64,000 nt of DNA. Source: Pseudolabrys sp. (GTDB taxonomy: Bacteria > Pseudomonadota > Alphaproteobacteria > Rhizobiales > Xanthobacteraceae). Of the stretch, positions 58,301-64,000 are shown piece after piece. The stretch is from the NCBI GenBank assembly GCA_035650955.1, contig DASRGR010000028.1, forward strand, positions 7,510 to 71,509. The letters run 5' to 3'. The notes under the pieces were generated by a model, which was not told where the DNA came from, made no database searches, and saw only the letters and a program-made list of their open reading frames with translations. Both the position numbers and the translations under genes were made by a program. The first letter of the stretch is position 1. Every line of letters starts with the position of its first letter.

Positions 58301-59500
58301 TTAGGGCGCAGCCTGCGGAAAAGACGGCATTTCTTCGCGCAGCGCGTTCGCGCTTTTCATGGTCGCGAAAACAATCGATGCTGCACGGATGCTCGGACTC
58401 GCCCTTCCGATTTCCATTATATCGCCCAGCCGATTGAAGGCCTCTACCTGGTTACGCCGCTCCGGCGTATCCCTGAGCAGCGGTACGAGGGCTGCGGCGA
58501 GCGTTTTGCCTGTGCACTGGCGTTGAAGAAACTCCGGGACCACGTTTTCGCCGAGCACAAGATTGGCAAGAATGACGGACGGAACCTGAATCAGCATGCG
58601 CGCGGCCAATTCCTCGATCAGCGGCACCTTGTATGCCGCGACCATCGGAACCCCGGCGAGCGCCAGTTCGAGCGTCGACGTTCCGGACTTTGTCAAGGCG
58701 GCCCGTGCGGTCCGGAAGGCTTCGTTCTTCTCGTCTTGATCGGTCACAACGCGGCCCGGGACCGGCCATGACGCGACCGCCGCGCGCACGACATCGGCCA
58801 GTCGCGGGACCGCCGGCACGACGGCTTCAAGGGGCCCGAATTGCTCGACAACGCGGCCGAGCGCCGAGCCGAATACCGGTGCCATGCGCCGAACCTCTCC
58901 GGCTCTGCTGCCGGGCAGGACCAGCACGAGTGGCGGATCGGCCTGCCTCAGCCGGGCCTCGAGCTCGTTCGGGCGCAGCTGCGCCAGCCTCTCGCCGAGC
59001 GGATGGCCGACGAAGGTGCAGGCTGGCCCGCCAAGATCGCTCATCACCTTTGGCTCAAAAGGCAGAAGAGCCATGACATGATCCACATAGGCCCGCATCG
59101 CCCGCGCGCGACCCGGCCGCCAGGCCCAGACCGACGGGCACACATAGTCGACGATCGGAACCCACGGTGCACGCGCGCGCACCCGGCGCGCCACGCGATG
59201 GGTGAATTCGGGACTGTCGATGATGACGAGGACGTCCGGATCTGCCGCCACGACTGCGTCGGCGGCTTCGCGAATTCTCCGTAAAATCGTCGGAAGCTTT
59301 GCCGGAACCGAGGCAAATCCCATGATTGCCAGATCCCCGGACGGGAACAGGCTCGGCACGCCTTCGGCGGCCATATGGGTGCCGCCGACGCAGGAGAAAT
59401 GCGCGTTTCCCTGCGTGCTCGCCCTGATCGCGGAAATCAGCGCTGCCCCCAGCCGGTCACCGGACTCCTCGCCGGCGACCAGAAACACATGCGGGCTCAT
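58301..59500 (-). CDS. lpxB: Lipid-A-disaccharide synthase
   Basis: AGEESGD, IDSPEF, PSVWAWR, LPFE, LPGSR, KSGTSTLE. Confidence 0.96.
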   Translation of the reverse strand: MSPHVFLVAGEESGDRLGAALISAIRASTQGNAHFSCVGGTHMAAEGVPSLFPSGDLAIMGFASVPAKLPTILRRIREAADAVVAADPDVLVIIDSPEFTHRVARRVRARAPWVPIVDYVCPSVWAWRPGRARAMRAYVDHVMALLPFEPKVMSDLGGPACTFVGHPLGERLAQLRPNELEARLRQADPPLVLVLPGSRAGEVRRMAPVFGSALGRVVEQFGPLEAVVPAVPRLADVVRAAVASWPVPGRVVTDQDEKNEAFRTARAALTKSGTSTLELALAGVPMVAAYKVPLIEELAARMLIQVPSVILANLVLGENVVPEFLQRQCTGKTLAAALVPLLRDTPERRNQVEAFNRLGDIMEIGRASPSIRAASIVFATMKSANALREEMPSFPQAAP

Positions 59501-60369
59501 GATTGCGACCCGAGCGCCACGCCGACGACGAACACTCCTGCGCGGTCCGCTTCGCGCACTACATTTTCCGCGTCGGCGATCACCGTCTTGCCGCAGACAA
59601 CCGCAATGCCGGCCAGACCGGCAGCGGCAACGCCAGCGACGGTACGCGGACCGATCGAAGGTAAATCGAAACGGTGATCCTGTCCGGGCTTCGGCGCTTT
59701 CACCAGCACGCCGACGCCCGGCGGAAGCCCGATCCGCCCGCCGGCGCGCAAGTCGGCCACGCGCGCCAGCATCTGATCGGTGCCCTCCGCGGCCTCCACG
59801 GCCAAAATGCGCTTTTCCGCGACGACCGCGGCCTGGCCGACATCGAATGCGCCGCTCGCCTGCAAATACGCAAAACCGAATGCGATATCCTCGCGGTCCC
59901 GCGCCGAGGTATCGACGCGCCCAAGCGCGCCCTCCGGCACCAGGATTTCCGGTGCTACCTCGTGCGCGCCGATGAGACGGAAACCCTGCTCCTCAAACAG
60001 CCTGCTCACGCCGGTCAAGAGGTGATTGTCGCCGCCACGATAGGCGCGAATGATCGTCGGCAGCGATTTCAACGCCAGAAGATCGGGACGAAGCGACCAC
60101 AGTGACGGCCTGACCAGCGCTCCGATCAGCACGACATCCCGGCAGCCCGCCGCTCTCGCAAGTTTCGTGAACGCGCCGAATTGCCCGACGCGCAGCCAAC
60201 GATGCGGATAGCGCGCAACCAGGGCAGGCTCCGCGTGCCCGCGCAGCGCAAACAGCACGACATCGCGCCCGCGTCCGGCAACCGAATCCGCCACAGCCAA
60301 AGGCAGGGTCCCGCCGCCGCAAATCAGCGCAAGCGGGCCGTCCTGAACAACGGCTGCGGCATTGCTCAT
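59497..60369 (-). CDS. lpxI: UDP-2,3-diacylglucosamine pyrophosphatase LpxI
   Basis: CGGGTLP, DVGQAAVV, EAAEGTD, KPGQDHRFDLPSIG; between lpxA and lpxB. Confidence 0.92.
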   Translation of the reverse strand: MSNAAAVVQDGPLALICGGGTLPLAVADSVAGRGRDVVLFALRGHAEPALVARYPHRWLRVGQFGAFTKLARAAGCRDVVLIGALVRPSLWSLRPDLLALKSLPTIIRAYRGGDNHLLTGVSRLFEEQGFRLIGAHEVAPEILVPEGALGRVDTSARDREDIAFGFAYLQASGAFDVGQAAVVAEKRILAVEAAEGTDQMLARVADLRAGGRIGLPPGVGVLVKAPKPGQDHRFDLPSIGPRTVAGVAAAGLAGIAVVCGKTVIADAENVVREADRAGVFVVGVALGSQS

Positions 60370-61181
60370 AACTCTTCGTCCGCCTCGTTGCGCCTGACCG
60401 CCATGGTCAGCGGCCGCTTCGCGGTCCGGATGAATTCGATGATCTTGCCGACAAGCGGATCGTCACGATACGCCTCGGCAACCTTGTCGACGCGGGTGCG
60501 GAACTCTCCGTCACCGAAAAACAGCGCCTGATAGGCCGATCGCACCCGATGCACATCCGCCTTTGTAAGGCCGCGGCGGCGCATCCCGATGACGTTGAGG
60601 CCGATCAGATCGGCGAGCGGCCCGTGCGCCATGCCAAACGGAATGACGTCGGCCCGCACGCCGCTCAGGCCCACGATCATGGCGCCCTCGCCGATGCGGA
60701 CGAACTGCCGGACGGCAACGCCGCCGCCGAACACAACGTGGTCGCCGATCGTTACATGACCGCCGAGAACCGTATTGTTCGCAAAGATGACGTTGTTCCC
60801 GACCTTGCAGTCATGCCCCACGTGTGAGCCGACCATGAAGAAACAGCGGTCCCCGACCTCGGTGACACCACGATCGTCTTCTGTGCCGGTGCTCATGGTC
60901 ACGTTTTCGCGGATATCGCATTCGGCGCCGACGACCAGCCGGGTCGGCCCGCCGCGATAGCTGTACGACTGCGGCGGCGAACCGAGCGAAGCGAATGGAT
61001 GAATGACCGTGCGCGGACCGATTGTCGTGTGGCCGGTCAGGTTTACATGGGCAATGAGTCGGCAGCCGTCGCCCACGCGCACATTCGCGCCGATCGTGCA
61101 ATACGGACCGATCAGGACGTTCTTTCCGATCGTTGCCCCGGCTTCGATCCGCGCCGAGGGATCGATCATATGCGCGCTCAT
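60366..61181 (-). CDS. lpxA: UDP-GlcNAc acyltransferase
   Basis: Hexapeptide repeats, IGPYC, PQS, HVGHDC. Confidence 0.93.
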   Translation of the reverse strand: MSAHMIDPSARIEAGATIGKNVLIGPYCTIGANVRVGDGCRLIAHVNLTGHTTIGPRTVIHPFASLGSPPQSYSYRGGPTRLVVGAECDIRENVTMSTGTEDDRGVTEVGDRCFFMVGSHVGHDCKVGNNVIFANNTVLGGHVTIGDHVVFGGGVAVRQFVRIGEGAMIVGLSGVRADVIPFGMAHGPLADLIGLNVIGMRRRGLTKADVHRVRSAYQALFFGDGEFRTRVDKVAEAYRDDPLVGKIIEFIRTAKRPLTMAVRRNEADEEL

Positions 61182-61633
61182 GCGTCCGCCAGCATGGCTC
61201 CGACCTGCGCCTCGGCGACGATCTGGCCGGCCACCTTCGCTTCGCCGCGGTACCACCACATCGACTTGCGCCGCGTGATGCGGTCCATGTGATATTCGAT
61301 GGTGTCGCCTGGCCGCACCGGTTTGCGGAACTTTGCCTTGTCAATCGTCAGAAAAAACACCGACGCCGGCCGCGCGCCCATTGCGGCAATGCAGAGTACG
61401 CCGGCCGTTTGCGCCATGCCCTCGATCATCAGCACGCCGGGAAATACCGGGTTGCCGGGAAAGTGCCCCTGGAAGCATGGCTCGTTGATCGTGACGTTCT
61501 TGATGCCGATCCCATGCTCTTCGCCGCGGATGTCGACGACCCTGTCGACCATCAGGAACGGATAACGGTGCGGCAACATCTTGAGCACGTCTTGGATTTC
61601 GGCCGCCTCGAGGCTTGTCACGGGCTTGTTCAT
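61178..61633 (-). CDS. fabZ: 3-hydroxyacyl-ACP dehydratase
   Basis: [31 protein letters not shown]. Confidence 0.97.
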   Translation of the reverse strand: MNKPVTSLEAAEIQDVLKMLPHRYPFLMVDRVVDIRGEEHGIGIKNVTINEPCFQGHFPGNPVFPGVLMIEGMAQTAGVLCIAAMGARPASVFFLTIDKAKFRKPVRPGDTIEYHMDRITRRKSMWWYRGEAKVAGQIVAEAQVGAMLADA

Positions 61634-61643
61634 GACAGACGCC

Positions 61644-62699
61644 TCATTTGTCGCCCGCGTCCGTGGCGCCTTTCTGACGCGCCAGACGCTCGAGAAGCAT
61701 CATTTCCCGGAACCACTGTTTGACCGGCTTGGCGGGCGTTCCACCCCAACGCGCACCCGCAGGCACGTCTCTGTGGACGACACTGACAGCGGCAATCTGC
61801 GCGCCTTCGCCGATCGTGACGTTGTTGTTCAATCCAACGCGGGCACCGAGCACTACAAAATCCTCAAGAGTTGAACTGCCTGAAATTCCCGTCTGCGCAA
61901 CCACCACGCAATGTCTGCCAATACTGACATTGTGGCCTACCTGAACAAGGTTGTCGATCTTGGTGCCTTCCCCGATAACGGTGTCGCGGATAGCTCCGCG
62001 GTCTACCGTCGTTCCGGCACCGATTTCCACATTATCCTGAATGATGACGCGGCCGACCTGCGGCACCTTGAGGTGACCTGCCCCGCCCATCACGAAGCCG
62101 AAGCCATCCTGACCGATGCTGCAGCCCGGATGGATGATGACACGATCTCCAATGAGGGCATTGCTAATCGACGTATTGGCACCGATCGCACAATCGCGAC
62201 CGATTTTCACGCCCGCATCGATGACAGCATTCGCGCCGATGATCGTCCCGCTGCCGATCTCCACCTGCGCGCCGATTACTGCGCCCGGCGCAATCGAGAC
62301 ATTGTCTTCCAGCCGCGCGTCCGGGTCGACGTGCGCGCCCGCAAAGTCGCCCGGCCTGGACAATGACGACGGCCGCAAGGCGTGCGGAAACAGCTCACGC
62401 GCCGCGACGACAAACGCCCGATAGGGTTCGCGCACGGTCAGCACCGAAACCCGCGCCGGCAGTTCCGCGGCAAGCGCCTCTGTCGTGAGGCACGCGCCCG
62501 CGTGAGTCGACGCTGCCGCCGCGGCGAAATTGCGATTCTCGAGAAATGTGAGATCGCGCGGACCGGCCCGATCGAGCGGAGCGATGTTGGAAATGCGGCG
62601 CGACCCCTGCGCTTTCATTGCGACGGTCGCGCCTGTCAGGGCCGCAATCTCGTCAAGCGAGAGGCCTGCGGACTTTCTGAGGAATATGGGCTCGCTCAT
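61644..62699 (-). CDS. lpxD: UDP-3-O-acylglucosamine N-acyltransferase
   Basis: Hexapeptide repeats, [25 protein letters not shown]. Confidence 0.96.
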   Translation of the reverse strand: MSEPIFLRKSAGLSLDEIAALTGATVAMKAQGSRRISNIAPLDRAGPRDLTFLENRNFAAAAASTHAGACLTTEALAAELPARVSVLTVREPYRAFVVAARELFPHALRPSSLSRPGDFAGAHVDPDARLEDNVSIAPGAVIGAQVEIGSGTIIGANAVIDAGVKIGRDCAIGANTSISNALIGDRVIIHPGCSIGQDGFGFVMGGAGHLKVPQVGRVIIQDNVEIGAGTTVDRGAIRDTVIGEGTKIDNLVQVGHNVSIGRHCVVVAQTGISGSSTLEDFVVLGARVGLNNNVTIGEGAQIAAVSVVHRDVPAGARWGGTPAKPVKQWFREMMLLERLARQKGATDAGDK

Positions 62700-62743
62700 C
62701 CTGCCGGAGCCTGATCCGTCGCTCCTGCTCGCCGCCGCCAAGA

Positions 62744-64000
62744 TCAGAACTTGGTGCCGCCGCTGAAGCGGAACACCTGCGTGCGGTCACAAACTTCGCC
62801 GCCGCCGACCGGCGTCGTGCAGTATTTCGTGATCGGATAGGCCAGATCGAAGCGCAACGGACCGAGCGGTGAATCCCACAGAAGACCGACACCAACCGAA
62901 CTGCGGATCATCGACGGGCTGTTGAGCCCGACCTGCAGAGTCTCACCCGTCACGCTCCAACTTGTCGGCCCCTGATAGTCCCAGACCGATCCTGCGTCGG
63001 CAAATACGGCGAGCTTTATGCCGATGTCCTTCGGCAGGAAGTACAGCGGCGTCTGGGCCTCGACGCTCGCACCCCAATAAAGCGTGCCGCCAAGCGCGTC
63101 GTTCGTCGTGCCGGGCGTAAGGTCGCGTGGACCGATACCCGCCGGCGAGAAACCGCGCACCAGATTGGGGCCCATAATAAAATGATCGAGCATGCGCAGA
63201 TCTTTGCCGCCCCAGGCGGCTACGTTGCCGCCCTGCACTTTGAAAACACTCACGACATCGTTGAAGACTTCGTAGTAGTTGCGCGCTTCGACCTGCGTCC
63301 TGATGAAATTCACGTCGCCGCCGACGCCGGCAAAATCCTGCTTGAGCTCGGCATAAAGTCCGCTTGTCGGCACCCGGTTGTTGTCGAGCGTATTGTAGGA
63401 CACCGTGTAACCGAGCAGTGAAACGTTCACCGGCCCCGCCGCCAATTCCTTGCGGACTGCGAGCGACGCCTCGCCGTCAGCGTAGCAAGGATTACCCGGA
63501 ACAACTGGAGGAACCTGGAATATACAGTTGTTGTACTGCGTCGGCAGCTCGACCTCCTGCCGATAGAACGTGTAGCGCGGCTGGAAGGCGATTTCTTCCG
63601 TCAACGCAAAGCCGAGCCGCAAATTGGTGCCGATGGTCTTGCTGTCATAGGACACATAATTCGACGCAAGATTTTGCCGCGCGAAAAGGTCGATTCCGCC
63701 GGCCATTCGATAGCCGAACAGGAAGGGCTCGACGAACGACAAATCGAAGCCGCGAACGCGCTCGCCATAGGTCAGAGCGGCTTTCGCGTACTGTCCACGC
63801 CCCATCAGGTTGCGGTCGGCAACGCTGACTTCGCCGATCAGACCATCCGCCGTGGAGTAGCCTCCTGAAATCGAGAACTCGCCGGTCGGCTGCTCTTCAA
63901 CGTTGACGTTGACGACGACGCGGTCGGGAGCCGAACCCGGCTCGTTGGTGATCTTGACCGTCTTGAAATAATTCAGGTTTTTCAGGCGGCGTTCGGCGCG
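62744..64000 (-). CDS. bamA: Outer-membrane assembly factor BamA (3' part; starts beyond the window)
   Basis: Frame open to the window edge ([12 protein letters not shown]...EQPTGEF), VRGF motif, [11 protein letters not shown], terminal Phe. Confidence 0.96.
   Translation of the reverse strand, partial: RAERRLKNLNYFKTVKITNEPGSAPDRVVVNVNVEEQPTGEFSISGGYSTADGLIGEVSVADRNLMGRGQYAKAALTYGERVRGFDLSFVEPFLFGYRMAGGIDLFARQNLASNYVSYDSKTIGTNLRLGFALTEEIAFQPRYTFYRQEVELPTQYNNCIFQVPPVVPGNPCYADGEASLAVRKELAAGPVNVSLLGYTVSYNTLDNNRVPTSGLYAELKQDFAGVGGDVNFIRTQVEARNYYEVFNDVVSVFKVQGGNVAAWGGKDLRMLDHFIMGPNLVRGFSPAGIGPRDLTPGTTNDALGGTLYWGASVEAQTPLYFLPKDIGIKLAVFADAGSVWDYQGPTSWSVTGETLQVGLNSPSMIRSSVGVGLLWDSPLGPLRFDLAYPITKYCTTPVGGGEVCDRTQVFRFSGGTKF

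Overview
GC-rich alphaproteobacterial chromosome segment. Gene content and order point to Hyphomicrobiales/Rhizobiales, resembling Xanthobacteraceae/Nitrobacteraceae (inference). It is mostly core genome: metG-tatD-MBL hydrolase-mazG, dusB-ntrBC-ntrYX-dat-hfq-hflX, ispDF-cinA, ratA-lipA, pdhABC/lpdA, ftsB, eno, queF, kdsA, pyrG, secG, tpiA, ppiD-trpEGDC-moaC-moeA-lexA, comEC, glnS/gltX, gltA, and bamA(partial)-lpxD-fabZ-lpxA-lpxI-lpxB. I saw no rRNA, tRNA, CRISPR array, transposase, integrase or prophage, and no complete new multi-gene system. The best unannotated signals are: (1) a 28-bp XerCD dif site at 6858-6885 with KOPS octamers and gene orientation switching around it, so the window probably contains the replication terminus; (2) a ~120-bp composite palindromic repeat inserted in frame in the pdhC linker; (3) a Bacteroidota/FCB-like second fabH between gltA and lpxB; (4) a small secreted protein with a symmetric 8-Cys pattern; (5) orphan genes threaded through the pdh/lip cluster; (6) decaying genes in the first 1.4 kb; (7) a perfect CtrA box before ftsB and a multi-box SOS operator before lexA. 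Start codons were re-chosen by eye where the ORF track over-extends. All family calls come from motif recognition, not database searches.
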